Origin: Opitutales bacterium
GTDB lineage: Bacteria > Verrucomicrobiota > Verrucomicrobiia > Opitutales > UBA2987
Direction of reading: 5' to 3'
Assembly: GCA_965226885.1 (NCBI GenBank)
Contig: CBDDEL010000016.1
Coordinates: 640,001-704,000, forward strand
Length of the DNA stretch: 64,000 nucleotides
Positions 22,104 through 32,067 of this stretch are shown here, piece by piece. The notes under the pieces were generated by a model. It saw only the letters and a program-made list of their open reading frames with translations. It had not been told where the DNA came from and made no database searches. Position numbers and translations under genes: made by a program. Numbering within the stretch: the stretch's first letter is position 1; every line of letters starts with the position of its first letter.

Positions 22104-22631
22104 TTAGTCCTGCGCGGCCTGTTGTTTTTTCTCCCATTTATAATGTTGATCGGGCAGTGTTCCTCCCAGTTCGTAGAGTTTGGATTTGGAAAAGACCATT
22201 TCTTCCCGGCTGTAGCCCGAAAGTGAGAACACATTTTGCAAAAATATAGCCTCCTCCGGGCAAACTTCCTGGCAAAACCCACAATATATGCACCGCAGCA
22301 TGTCGATATCGAATTCCTTGGGCGCCTTTTCGACATGAGCATTTTCAGCATCTTCGGGAATCTCTCCCGGCACTATGCGTATGGCTTTGGGCGGACAGAC
22401 AAATTCGCATAATTGGCAGGATACGCATTTCTCCCGTCCCGCCGGGTCTTTGACCAGGGTGGGGATTCCGCGATAACCGTTGGGTATTACCGGCCGCACA
22501 TCGGGGTATTCTAGGGTCACGTTTCTTTTGAACATATTCCACAGGGTAATCTTCAATCCCATGATAATCTGTGGAAGATAGGTTCTTTCAGCCCAACTAA
22601 GGGGCTTTCGCTCTAATTTTTTATAGGCCAT
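22104..22631 (-). CDS. nuoI: NADH-quinone oxidoreductase subunit I
   Basis: Two CxxCxxCxxxCP ferredoxin motifs. Confidence 0.97.
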   Translation of the reverse strand: MAYKKLERKPLSWAERTYLPQIIMGLKITLWNMFKRNVTLEYPDVRPVIPNGYRGIPTLVKDPAGREKCVSCQLCEFVCPPKAIRIVPGEIPEDAENAHVEKAPKEFDIDMLRCIYCGFCQEVCPEEAIFLQNVFSLSGYSREEMVFSKSKLYELGGTLPDQHYKWEKKQQAAQD

Positions 22632-22670
22632 GCCGGACGAAATTTAAAATGACTCATGATTCACTATGGT

Positions 22671-23756
22671 TCAAACGATCCAATATTCAAATAAAGCGAT
22701 GAGAATGGCATTCAAAATCAGATTGCCTAGGGCCAGCGGAAGCAGGATCACCCAACCCAGCCGCATGATCTGGTCGTAACGGAATCGGGGCAGGGTCCAT
22801 CGAATCCAGATGAAGAAAAACACGACGGTTAACACTTTGCCCAGAAACCAGAGGGTTGAGAGGAGTCCGCCCAGCCAGCCCTCCGGCCAGGGGGAAGGAA
22901 TACCGGGCAGAAAATTCCATCCACCGAAATAAAGAATGACCAAAACCCCTGAACCGATGACAATGTTCGTATATTCGCCCACGAAAAAGAGGCCGAACTT
23001 CATCGACCCGTATTCGGTATGGTAACCGGACACCAACTCCGTTTCCGCTTCCGCCATGTCGAAGGGCATACGATTGGTTTCCGCGAACAAGGCCACCAGG
23101 AATATCAGCGCGGACAAGGGCTGCCAGAATACCAGCCAGACCTGATCCTGTGATTGCACCACATTGAAAAGGCTCATCCCCGTTTCCGTTCCCGGCGCGT
23201 TGGCCCACAAAAATGCCGGCAGGATGGAAAGCCCCATGGCCAGCTCGTAGGAAATCATTTGCGCGGAGGCGCGAATACCTCCCAGAAACGGGTATTTGCT
23301 GTTCGCCGACCATCCCGCGAGGATGATGCCGTAAACGCCCAAAGAGGACACTGCCAGGAGAAAAAGCATCCCGATATCGACGTTGGCCAGCACCAGCGGC
23401 GCTCCATCCATCTCCCCGAAAGGCAGCACCACCATGATCGTCATGGCCGGTATAAAAGCCAGGCAAGGAGCCAGAAAATAGTAAAACAGGTTCACATGGC
23501 CGGGCACCGGGTCTTCCTTGAAGATGAATTTCAACCCATCCGCCAAGGGTTGAAAAAGTCCCATTCGGGTGAGGAAATTTCCCAAAATGGGGATATGGCC
23601 CAAAAAAGGCAGTCTAGTGCGGTTGGGCCCGGGCCGCCCCTGGATCCACGCGGCGATTTTGCGCTCTGCCAACACCGCGTAGGCGGCAATTCCCATGACA
23701 ACGGAAATCATGATGACCGCCTTGAGCAAAGCTATTAATACGGGCTGGTAAATCAT
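22671..23756 (-). CDS. nuoH: NADH-quinone oxidoreductase subunit H
   Basis: ERK..QGRPGP, AQMISYE, AETNRMPFD and RFRYDQ motifs. Confidence 0.97.
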   Translation of the reverse strand: MIYQPVLIALLKAVIMISVVMGIAAYAVLAERKIAAWIQGRPGPNRTRLPFLGHIPILGNFLTRMGLFQPLADGLKFIFKEDPVPGHVNLFYYFLAPCLAFIPAMTIMVVLPFGEMDGAPLVLANVDIGMLFLLAVSSLGVYGIILAGWSANSKYPFLGGIRASAQMISYELAMGLSILPAFLWANAPGTETGMSLFNVVQSQDQVWLVFWQPLSALIFLVALFAETNRMPFDMAEAETELVSGYHTEYGSMKFGLFFVGEYTNIVIGSGVLVILYFGGWNFLPGIPSPWPEGWLGGLLSTLWFLGKVLTVVFFFIWIRWTLPRFRYDQIMRLGWVILLPLALGNLILNAILIALFEYWIV

Positions 23757-25465
23757 CCCACCTCCTCCGTAGTTTTACTCTTTTCGCTCAGGGGGTCGTA
23801 GTGAAGGCTTTGGCCTTCGATAAACGGCAGATGCTCCCACTCGGAACCGTCAATTAAAAGACCTGTTTCCGGGATGTTTGCAAAATCCACCCCGGCCATT
23901 GGTGGAATTTCGTTTTTCATTTTCGCCCAAACATCGTTTGGACAAGTGGCCGCATCCGATTCGAGATGTAAACGGCAAAGCAATTCGCTCAAGGGAATAA
24001 TATCGACGGAAACTCCCGCTGGTCCCGGCACACAGGTATGAAATTTCTGGAGGCGAAACTGCTGGTTAATGAACGTGCCGGACTTTTCGAAAACGGTCAG
24101 GGTCGGAAAGACCACATGGGCAACTTCCCCAGTTTCGTTGCAGTGGGTTCCGAAATAGATCAGGTTGGTTTTCTCCAGGAGGTCCCGCCCTATGCCGCAC
24201 CGAGTGAGGTCCTCTCCAAAAGACAGGATGGTCTTTACCTCACCGGTTTCCAAGGCCTGGGCCAGGTTTGTCAGGTTTGGCTGAGGCAGAGTTTTTATCA
24301 ATCCCGTCAGGAGCGCCCCCCGCACATTGGGATTTCGATCCGCCGATATGAGAAGTCCATCCCCCTCTTCGGTCCGGCTGACCAGCGAAACGGAAACCGC
24401 ATCGACCGCCTGGGCCGTTTTCCTCAGCAGGTATTGTTCCTCCACACTGGCCCGGCCGGATCCCACAATGGCCACCGGTCCCTTTTCCAATAGAACCGCC
24501 GCTTCCTCCACCGCCTCCTCCGCCGGGGTATGTCTTCCTCCGATCGTGTAGTGGACCAGACGGTCCTCGGAATCGACCGATTTGTAGAGATTGCGTCCGC
24601 TGTCCGGCATCCAGGTATCATTCACCTCATCATTGCGCCGGGGTTTGATGCGGTAAATTATTCCCTCCCTGCTGTCGACCACGGTATTTACGCCCACACT
24701 GCTCTCGGTGCAGATGCTTGGCCTCTCCTTGAGAAACCAAACCCGCATCTTAAATCGAAAGTCGATGCTCGTGAGCGCTCCCACCGGGCAAATATCGACC
24801 GTGTTGAGGGAGTAATTGTTTTGCAGGGTCTTGCCAGGAAAACAGGTCAAGGTTGAATAACTGCCGCGGTCGATAAACCCGAGAACGTCGTCCTCGGCCA
24901 CCTCTTTGCAAAAACGTATGCAGCGCGAGCACAGGATGCATCGCTCGTCATCCAGCATGACCCGGGGCCCCAGGCGGGTCCGCTTGGGTTTGACATTTTT
25001 GTCTTCAATGAACCGGCTGTATCCGCGCCCGTAATCGGCGGCATACTCCTGCAAACTGCATTCGCCCGCCTGGTCGCAAATGGGGCAATCGAGCGGGTGA
25101 TTGATGAGGAGAAACTCCATCACTCCATTGCGGCAGTCGCGTACGAGTTGGGAATCGGTTCGAATATGAATACCGGGCAGCGCTTTGGTGGCGCAGGCAA
25201 TGGCCGGACGCGGCAGCCAGCCGATTTTCTGCAAACCCCGCCGGTCAAGGATCGGTTCCCCTGTTGCACGGTCCTTCAGCGGCATGCCGTACTCCATCAG
25301 GCACATGCGGCAGTTTCCCGGTACGCTGAGTTTGGGATGGTAGCAATAGTGCGGCACCTCTTTCCCGGCCAACCGGGCCGCCTCGATCATGTTCGTGCCG
25401 GTGGGAACATGAATTTCCTCTTCGTCGATGAAAACGCTGATCAAGTTATTGTCCTTCTCCTTCAT
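23753..25465 (-). CDS. nuoG: NADH-quinone oxidoreductase subunit G
   Basis: CYHP..GNCRMC, HPLDCPICDQAGEC and CILCSRC motifs. Start placed at MKEKDNN (25465) to avoid overlap with nuoF. Confidence 0.95.
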   Translation of the reverse strand: MKEKDNNLISVFIDEEEIHVPTGTNMIEAARLAGKEVPHYCYHPKLSVPGNCRMCLMEYGMPLKDRATGEPILDRRGLQKIGWLPRPAIACATKALPGIHIRTDSQLVRDCRNGVMEFLLINHPLDCPICDQAGECSLQEYAADYGRGYSRFIEDKNVKPKRTRLGPRVMLDDERCILCSRCIRFCKEVAEDDVLGFIDRGSYSTLTCFPGKTLQNNYSLNTVDICPVGALTSIDFRFKMRVWFLKERPSICTESSVGVNTVVDSREGIIYRIKPRRNDEVNDTWMPDSGRNLYKSVDSEDRLVHYTIGGRHTPAEEAVEEAAVLLEKGPVAIVGSGRASVEEQYLLRKTAQAVDAVSVSLVSRTEEGDGLLISADRNPNVRGALLTGLIKTLPQPNLTNLAQALETGEVKTILSFGEDLTRCGIGRDLLEKTNLIYFGTHCNETGEVAHVVFPTLTVFEKSGTFINQQFRLQKFHTCVPGPAGVSVDIIPLSELLCRLHLESDAATCPNDVWAKMKNEIPPMAGVDFANIPETGLLIDGSEWEHLPFIEGQSLHYDPLSEKSKTTEEVG

Positions 25466-25502
25466 CTGGTTTTTGAATGCGACATAAAATTCTTTAGCTC
25501 TG

Positions 25503-26852
25503 TCAGATAAGCCGGTTTTCGTTCTTGTTTTTGGGAGAATGATTTTCGGTGGACTTGGCCGCAAACTCGTCCTTGAATTTTGCCACAAAACTTTGCGTCG
25601 GCCAGGAACAGGCCTCTCCAAAGGCGCAAATTGTGCGGCCCTCGATCTGGTGGCTTATGGAGACCAATAAATCCGCATCTTCTGCCCGCGCCTGCCCTTG
25701 GCACATGCGTGTGGTTACTTTCTTCATCCAGAGCGATCCCTCCCGGCATGGGGTGCACTGCCCGCAGCTTTCATGGGCGTAAAAGGCATTCAGGTTGGCC
25801 AGGGCCTGCACCATATCGACCGTATCGTCCATCACAATGACTCCCCCTGAACCGGACATGGTGCCTACCGCCATGAAGCTGTCAAAATCCAGCGGAATAT
25901 CCTTGATCCCCCAGTCGAAGGCGGTTCCATCCCGCAGGTGGCCTTCAAAGCGCTCGTCGGCCCGCAGTATTTTGGCCGAGGAACCGCCCGGAATAACTGC
26001 TTTTAATTTTCTTCCCGGGAGCATTCCGCCGCAAACTTCATAAATTAGGTCCCCAAGCGTAATGGCGCTGCCCTCGAATTCATAATAGCCCGGTTTTTTC
26101 ACCTGCCCGCTCACACACCAGATACGGGTTCCGGTGGCGCCAGGCGTTCCCGTACTGGAATACTCCTCCCCGCCAATTTCCACGACGCGCTTGATATTGC
26201 ACAACGTTTCCACGTTATTGACAATGGTGGGGCACTGGTAGAGGCCGAGCACGGCGGGAAAATAGGGTGGTTTGATCCGTGGATAAGGCCGCTTCCCTTC
26301 GAGGGATTCAATGAGTCCGGTTTCTTCCCCGCAGATGTAAGCTCCGGCCCCGCGATGGACCACGATTTCACAGGAGTAATCGCTACCTAGTATATTGGGG
26401 CCGGTGAAATGGGAAGAACGCGCCTCCTCAATCGCCTTTTCGAGTATGCGGGCGCCCTCCGGAAATTCCTCCCGGATATAAATGAAGGCCAGCTTTGTGC
26501 CCGTGGCATAGGCGGCAATCATCATGCCCTCGATCAACTGGTGGGGGTCCTTGTGGATGATTTGCCGATCTTTGAAAGTGCCCGGTTCGGACTCATCGGC
26601 ATTGCAAATCAGGTAAATCGGCTTGCCCGACTTGCGGTCCAGAAACTTCCACTTCATGCCGGCCGGGAAACCGGCCCCACCCCGGCCCCTCAATCCGGAA
26701 AGCTCCACCTCATAGCACAGATCCTCCGGCTGCATGGCAAATGCCTTGCGCAGCGCCTCGTAGCCGCCGTTGCGCACATAGCAATCCAGATCGTTACTGT
26801 AACCGGGCTGGTCAACGTGTTTTAAAATTACTCTGGTTTCGGCGGGAGGCAT
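25503..26852 (-). CDS. nuoF: NADH-quinone oxidoreductase subunit F
   Basis: GRGGAGF, NADESEPG, GAGAYICGEET and ESCGQCTPCREG motifs. Confidence 0.97.
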   Translation of the reverse strand: MPPAETRVILKHVDQPGYSNDLDCYVRNGGYEALRKAFAMQPEDLCYEVELSGLRGRGGAGFPAGMKWKFLDRKSGKPIYLICNADESEPGTFKDRQIIHKDPHQLIEGMMIAAYATGTKLAFIYIREEFPEGARILEKAIEEARSSHFTGPNILGSDYSCEIVVHRGAGAYICGEETGLIESLEGKRPYPRIKPPYFPAVLGLYQCPTIVNNVETLCNIKRVVEIGGEEYSSTGTPGATGTRIWCVSGQVKKPGYYEFEGSAITLGDLIYEVCGGMLPGRKLKAVIPGGSSAKILRADERFEGHLRDGTAFDWGIKDIPLDFDSFMAVGTMSGSGGVIVMDDTVDMVQALANLNAFYAHESCGQCTPCREGSLWMKKVTTRMCQGQARAEDADLLVSISHQIEGRTICAFGEACSWPTQSFVAKFKDEFAAKSTENHSPKNKNENRLI

Positions 26853-26863
26853 GGTCGTTTCTA

Positions 26864-27346
26864 TCACTCTCCGATTTCAGCTTTAATTTCCTCGGCGATG
26901 GCCATTGCTCTGGATTCGTCCACATTTTCATAAAAAACTTCATCCACCATGACCACCGGCCCTGTGCCGCAACCGGCCAGGCATTCCGCGAACTCAATCT
27001 GCACCTCGCCGTCCCCGGAGGGATTTTCCAGAGTGCAGCCCAACTCCTTTTGCAGCGTTTCGCAAATTTTATAGGCGCCGGACAGTGCACAGGGAAGCGT
27101 CCGGCAGACCCTGACCAGCCGCCGGGCGCCGGGCTTCTCTCTGAAAAAGGGATAAAAAGTAACCAGCTCGTAAACGTGGATGGGCTCAATCTCCAGTTTT
27201 TCCGCAATCCACTCCATAGATTCTCCCGAAATATAACCCTGATCAGCCTGGACATAATGCAGCAAGGGCAATACCGCGCTTCGCTTGACCGGATATTTGG
27301 GTATCACGGCCTCAATTTGCTCAAGTGTCTCCGGTTTCAGTTCCAT
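26864..27346 (-). CDS. nuoE: NADH-quinone oxidoreductase subunit E
   Basis: C-x4-C ... CLAGC 2Fe-2S motif. Confidence 0.96.
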   Translation of the reverse strand: MELKPETLEQIEAVIPKYPVKRSAVLPLLHYVQADQGYISGESMEWIAEKLEIEPIHVYELVTFYPFFREKPGARRLVRVCRTLPCALSGAYKICETLQKELGCTLENPSGDGEVQIEFAECLAGCGTGPVVMVDEVFYENVDESRAMAIAEEIKAEIGE

Positions 27347-27448
27347 GTCAGTTGGTAATTTTTAAGTCAATGGTGTCAAAATGAGAAAAGACGGATACCG
27401 TCAACTTTTGAATTCTGTCATCTGTCTCCTGATTCCTGACACCCTCAA

Positions 27449-28690
27449 TCATCGATCGCACTCCCCTAGAACAAAATCGAAACTGCCCAGAATCACCGGG
27501 ATATCCGCCACCATGCAGCCTTTCAAAAGCCGGGAAAGGATGCTCAAATTACAGAAACTGGGCGCCCGGATTTTCAGCCGGTAGGGAACCCCTCCTCCCT
27601 TGGAAACGATGTAAAACCCGAGAGCCCCCTTCGGGTTTTCCGCCTCGAAATAGACTTCGCCGGGTGGAATTTGCGGTCCTTCCGTTACAAGCATGAAATT
27701 CTGGATAAGCTCTTCCATGCTGGTGAGAATCCTGTCTTTGGGCGGGGTGTAGATTTTTCTCGCTTCCTCGGCATACCAGGGGCCGTCCGGGATCTGGTCG
27801 ATGGCCTGCCGGACAATCCCAACGCTCTGCCGTATTTCCTCCATACGCACCAGCCAGCGGTCATAACAATCGCCTGTGCTGCCTACCGGCACATCGAAAT
27901 CGTAATTTTCATATCCGCTGTAAGGATTGGTTTTACGCAGGTCGATAGTCACCCCGCTGGCCCTCAGGTTGGGCCCGCTCAACCCATAGCTTATGGCATC
28001 TTCGGGCGATATGACGCCAATGCCAACGGTGCGGTCGTAAAAAATGCGGTTGCGGGTCAGAAGTTTGTCGATATCCTCAATGACTGGCTCGAACTGGTTG
28101 AGGAAATGGATGACATTTCCAAGCCAGCCCTCCGACAAATCCCGGGCCAGGCCGCCTATGCGGGTGTAGCTGGTGGTAAATCGGGCCCCGGTCAACTGCT
28201 CAAAAAGGGTGTAGAGCCTTTCCCTTTCCGTAAAAGTGTACATAAACACAGTGAGCGCGCCAGTATCCATGCCGTAAACCCCGACCCCGAGGAGGTGCGA
28301 CGATATCCTGGCCAGTTCGCAGCAAATTACTCGAATGGCCTGGCAGCGCGGCGGCACTTCCAGCCCGGCCAGTTTTTCAACCGCCAGCACATAAGCGACA
28401 TTGTTGGCCAGCGGTGCAATATAATCGAGCCGATCGGTATAGGGCACAAACTGGTTGTAGGTCATGTTTTCGGCGATTTTTTCATCACCCCGGTGCAGGT
28501 AGCCGATAACCGGCTCGATCTCCGTTACCACCTCCCCATCCAGCTTGACCTTCAGACGCAATACTCCGTGGGTGCTCGGGTGGGACGGCCCCACATTGAT
28601 GTTCATGATCTCTCCCTTGAGATCCTCTTCAAATGCAACGGCGCGGTTGACCACATCCCCTAGGGAAACTTCTTTTTCCTGATCTGCCAT
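27449..28690 (-). CDS. nuoD: NADH-quinone oxidoreductase subunit D
   Basis: GPSHPSTHGVLR, GYLHRG, RLDY and C-terminal GECDR motifs. Confidence 0.97.
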   Translation of the reverse strand: MADQEKEVSLGDVVNRAVAFEEDLKGEIMNINVGPSHPSTHGVLRLKVKLDGEVVTEIEPVIGYLHRGDEKIAENMTYNQFVPYTDRLDYIAPLANNVAYVLAVEKLAGLEVPPRCQAIRVICCELARISSHLLGVGVYGMDTGALTVFMYTFTERERLYTLFEQLTGARFTTSYTRIGGLARDLSEGWLGNVIHFLNQFEPVIEDIDKLLTRNRIFYDRTVGIGVISPEDAISYGLSGPNLRASGVTIDLRKTNPYSGYENYDFDVPVGSTGDCYDRWLVRMEEIRQSVGIVRQAIDQIPDGPWYAEEARKIYTPPKDRILTSMEELIQNFMLVTEGPQIPPGEVYFEAENPKGALGFYIVSKGGGVPYRLKIRAPSFCNLSILSRLLKGCMVADIPVILGSFDFVLGECDR

Positions 28691-28745
28691 TGGTCGTTTC
28701 GGTCTGCGCGTAATGTCTTGTCTGTTTAAAAATACTGATAAGACA

Positions 28746-28829
28746 ACGGATTACACGGATGAGCTTGGATTATTAAAAAGAGTATCCATCCCTATTAAAA
28801 AAATACCTGTGTTTATCCGTGTAATCCGT
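28746..28829. repeat. Intergenic perfect 15-bp inverted repeat (REP-like)
   Basis: ACGGATTACACGGAT (28746-28760) and ATCCGTGTAATCCGT (28815-28829), 54-bp spacer. Confidence 0.8.
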
Positions 28830-28851
28830 GGTTGAAAAATTGGAGAGTGAT

Positions 28852-29469
28852 TCATTGGCCGGAGGGTTTTTTCCTTTTTTCTGACCAGCTTTCATCGTTC
28901 CCTCTGGGTTCGCTTTCACTCATGCGTCCTCCCGGTGTGGAATGGAACGGCCCCCCCTCCATGGGAGCGGGTCTCACTTTTTCCTTCGTTGCCAAGGCCA
29001 CATCGGCAGCTGGCAAATCGGCCTCTTGGCCGGCCAGCGGGAAATCTTTGCGCAAAGGGTGGTAGGGGTAACCGTCCCACATCAATATCCTTTTCAGATT
29101 GGGGTGGCCGCTAAAATCGATCCCAAACATGTCAAAAGCCTCGCGTTCATGCCAATCGGCGCCAGCCCACAATCCGGTGGCCGAAGGCATGGTCGGGGGC
29201 TCACCCTGGGGGCATTTCGAAGCCACCCGGAAGTAGGTGTGCTTTTGAGTATTGTATAAATGATAAACCACCGTAAAGCGGGGCGTTTCGCCCATATTGT
29301 CGATCGCGGTTAGGTCCGAGAGCATGTCAAAACCGCGCTGGTCCTTCAACATTTTCAGAAATTCCAGCAACCGGTTAGATAGACAATTGACCGCAGGCCA
29401 ATCCGCACTGGGCCGGTTTTCCAGATAGTCGAAACTCTCCACGAGCCCATTCAAAAATTCATCCTGCAT
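28852..29469 (-). CDS. nuoC: NADH-quinone oxidoreductase subunit C
   Basis: ADWHEREAFDMFGI.F.GHP.L.RIL..HPLRKDFP motif. Confidence 0.97.
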   Translation of the reverse strand: MQDEFLNGLVESFDYLENRPSADWPAVNCLSNRLLEFLKMLKDQRGFDMLSDLTAIDNMGETPRFTVVYHLYNTQKHTYFRVASKCPQGEPPTMPSATGLWAGADWHEREAFDMFGIDFSGHPNLKRILMWDGYPYHPLRKDFPLAGQEADLPAADVALATKEKVRPAPMEGGPFHSTPGGRMSESEPRGNDESWSEKRKKPSGQ

Positions 29470-29484
29470 GAGGCCGGAGTGGGT

Positions 29485-29994
29485 TTAGCTGGAAAACAGT
29501 CTCCGGGCCGATTTTTCGCGGCCGATTTTTTTCTGCAGAGCCATCAAACCGTCCAGAAGAGCTTCCGGCCGGGGCGGACAACCGCTGATATAAACATCCA
29601 CCGGGATGATGCGGTCCACCCCCTGCAATACGGCATAAGAGCGGTACATACCTCCCGTGGAGGCGCAGGCCCCCATCGCCACCACCCATTTGGGAGCCGC
29701 CATTTGGTCGTAAATTCGCCGCACTACCTCGGACATTTTGTAGGTAACCGTCCCGGCCACGATCATGCAATCGCTTTGCCGAGGAGAGAAACGCATGACC
29801 TCCATGCCGAAGCGGCTGATGTCAAAACGCGACCCCCCGGCGGCCATCAATTCAATCGCGCAACAGGCCAGACCCATCGGCATCGGCCACACGGAGTGCT
29901 GGCGCACCCAGTTAACCACAGCATCAAGCCGCGAGACGATCACGTCTCCCTCAACTTTGCTATCGTAAGTATAAACCGTGTCAGAGTTGCTCAT
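29485..29994 (-). CDS. nuoB: NADH-quinone oxidoreductase subunit B
   Basis: [14 protein letters not shown] and GCPPRPE motifs. Confidence 0.97.
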   Translation of the reverse strand: MSNSDTVYTYDSKVEGDVIVSRLDAVVNWVRQHSVWPMPMGLACCAIELMAAGGSRFDISRFGMEVMRFSPRQSDCMIVAGTVTYKMSEVVRRIYDQMAAPKWVVAMGACASTGGMYRSYAVLQGVDRIIPVDVYISGCPPRPEALLDGLMALQKKIGREKSARRLFSS

Positions 29995-30092
29995 CCGCCC
30001 ATAGCCAGCCCATTTTTAGATCTTTTCCCATGCTCTCTATATGGCAAGCTATTTGGCAAGCTATTCAGAAAAATTAAACAAGACCTAATGTA

Positions 30093-31933
30093 GAGGCTGT
30101 CCCAAAAATATAAAGATTTTATAGTCAACTGGATGACGTTGATAAAAAGAGCCGGAAAGAGCAAGTTTTTGCTCGATCCGGCCAAAAAAGGGTTCTATAA
30201 TTGAGTTAGCGAAAATCAATATAGCCCTTTCTATGAAAAATATAGCCATCCAATGCCTCCTGCGTCCAGCTTTAACTGTGGTCGACCGGTGCCTCGATTA
30301 CGATAACTTCCGCGCCACCATTGATCGAATCGATCGGCTGCTGATCGACTCGGAGGTGGAATCGCAGGCCATTGAGCTGGCCTTGGAGGGGTGGCCGCCA
30401 ATGGGTCTAAAGGCCCGGCGGCAGCGGGCCAGTTTTGCCATCAAGGCACTGCGCATGGATACGCTGGGCCGTCTGCTCGGAGGGATTTCGTTTCGGCATT
30501 TGTCGCGGGCTCTGGGCAGCAGCGATCTGTTGGCCGACTTTTGCCGTGTCCGGCAGATCGATGGCATCAGGGGCATCTCCAAAAGCACCCTGGAGCGGGC
30601 CTCGAAGTTTTTCAGCGAAGAGCAGTTGAGGGCCTTGCACCGGACCTTGACTGAGGTGGTGGGCGATGCCCTTCTGGCCCGGCAGGTGGGATTGGACAAG
30701 CCGATTGACACCACCATTTGCCTGATCGACGGCACCTGTTTGGAGGCTAACATTCATTGGCCGACGGACTGGGTATTACTCAAGGATGTAGCCGGCACGT
30801 TGCTCAAAGCGATCCGGCTGATCCGCGAGAAGGCCGGTTTGCGCCATCGCATGCCGATCGAACCGGAGCCCTTGGCTCGGCAGATGAATCGGCTGTGCAT
30901 ACAGATGACCCACAGCCGGCGGCGAAAGGACAGCGCGCGGCAGCGCAAGGGTATCTTGAGGCAGATGAAAAAGCTGCTCAAACGGATCGGGGAGCATGCC
31001 CGCAGTCACCGGGAATTATTGCAAGCCTGCTGGGAGCAAAGCGATTACAGCGAAAAACAGGTCCAACAGATCCTCGCCCGGATGGAGCGCATGAGCGAGC
31101 AAATCCCGGTGGTCATCAAACAGGCGCACGAGCGGATCATTGGCGGCCGCCAGGTGAAAAACGCAGAGAAAGTCTTGAGTGTTTACGAACTCGATGGGCA
31201 GGTGATTGTGCGAGGTAAAGCGGGCCAAGAGGTCGAGTTCGGCAACACCCTGTTTTTGGGAGAAAGCGTTGAAGGGTACCTGCTGGACTGGAAACTCTAC
31301 GGCAGCCGAACTCCAAGCGAAAATGAACAAATGCAAGAGAGTTTGCAAAGACAGAACCGCTTCAACCTGGAAGAACCCATAGCGGCCATGTGCGCGGACC
31401 GGGGATTTGCCTCCCAGCGGGCCCGCCGGCAGTTAGCCCAGGAGGGAATCTACGACGCGCTCTGTCCACGCGATCCGAAGCAGTTGAAAAAACGGATGGA
31501 GGAACCACTGTTCAGACAATTGCAAAAGCGCCGGGCCAGCACCGAAGGGCGGATCGGGGTATTGAAGAATCGCTGGCAGGCCGGGCGGTTGCGCAGCAAA
31601 GGCTTTGCCAACCGCTCGATCAGCGTAGCCTGGTCGGTACTCTCGCACAACCCCTGGTCGGTACTCTCGCACAACCTATGGAAAGTAGCCAAGATGCTGG
31701 CCCAGCAAGACGAACTAAAAACCAAAGCGGCGGCCTAGAGAGCGGAAAAGCAAGGACAATACTTTTTCACAGCCTTACTGTCGGCTCATACAAAGAAAAT
31801 CAGGCAACCGGACCCCAAAACCAGTATCCTAACGTCATAGGAGAGCAAAGTTGATACTCTCCCAAATGCAAATACCTCTAAAATGAGCGCCTATCAAAAG
31901 CCCTCGCAAAAATCACCCTTTTGGGACAGCCTC
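30093..31933 (+). mobile_element. ISNCY (ISDol1-like)/IS5-related element copy 1 (transposase 30233..31738)
   Basis: TIR GAGGCTGTCCCAAAA, AT-rich target duplication TAATGTA, DDE motifs (DGTCLEANIHWPTD, ADRGF, RASTEGRI). The family label is an inference. Confidence 0.88.
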
Positions 31934-32067
31934 TAATGTAGCACAGTTTTAAGCAAAGTAATCAGTAAGCTCTCTTTTTCTTCCCATCCTGCATCTGCAG
32001 CGAATTTTATGCGATACGAGGGCCTGATACCTGTCTCCAGGATCCTGCGTTTTTGGATGAGAAATTT

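Noticed and set aside
27671..28663. Long antisense ORFs (e.g. 330 aa opposite nuoD, 282 aa opposite tnsB, 300 aa opposite IS1380)
   Set aside because: Shadow frames of GC-rich coding sequence with no recognisable motifs.
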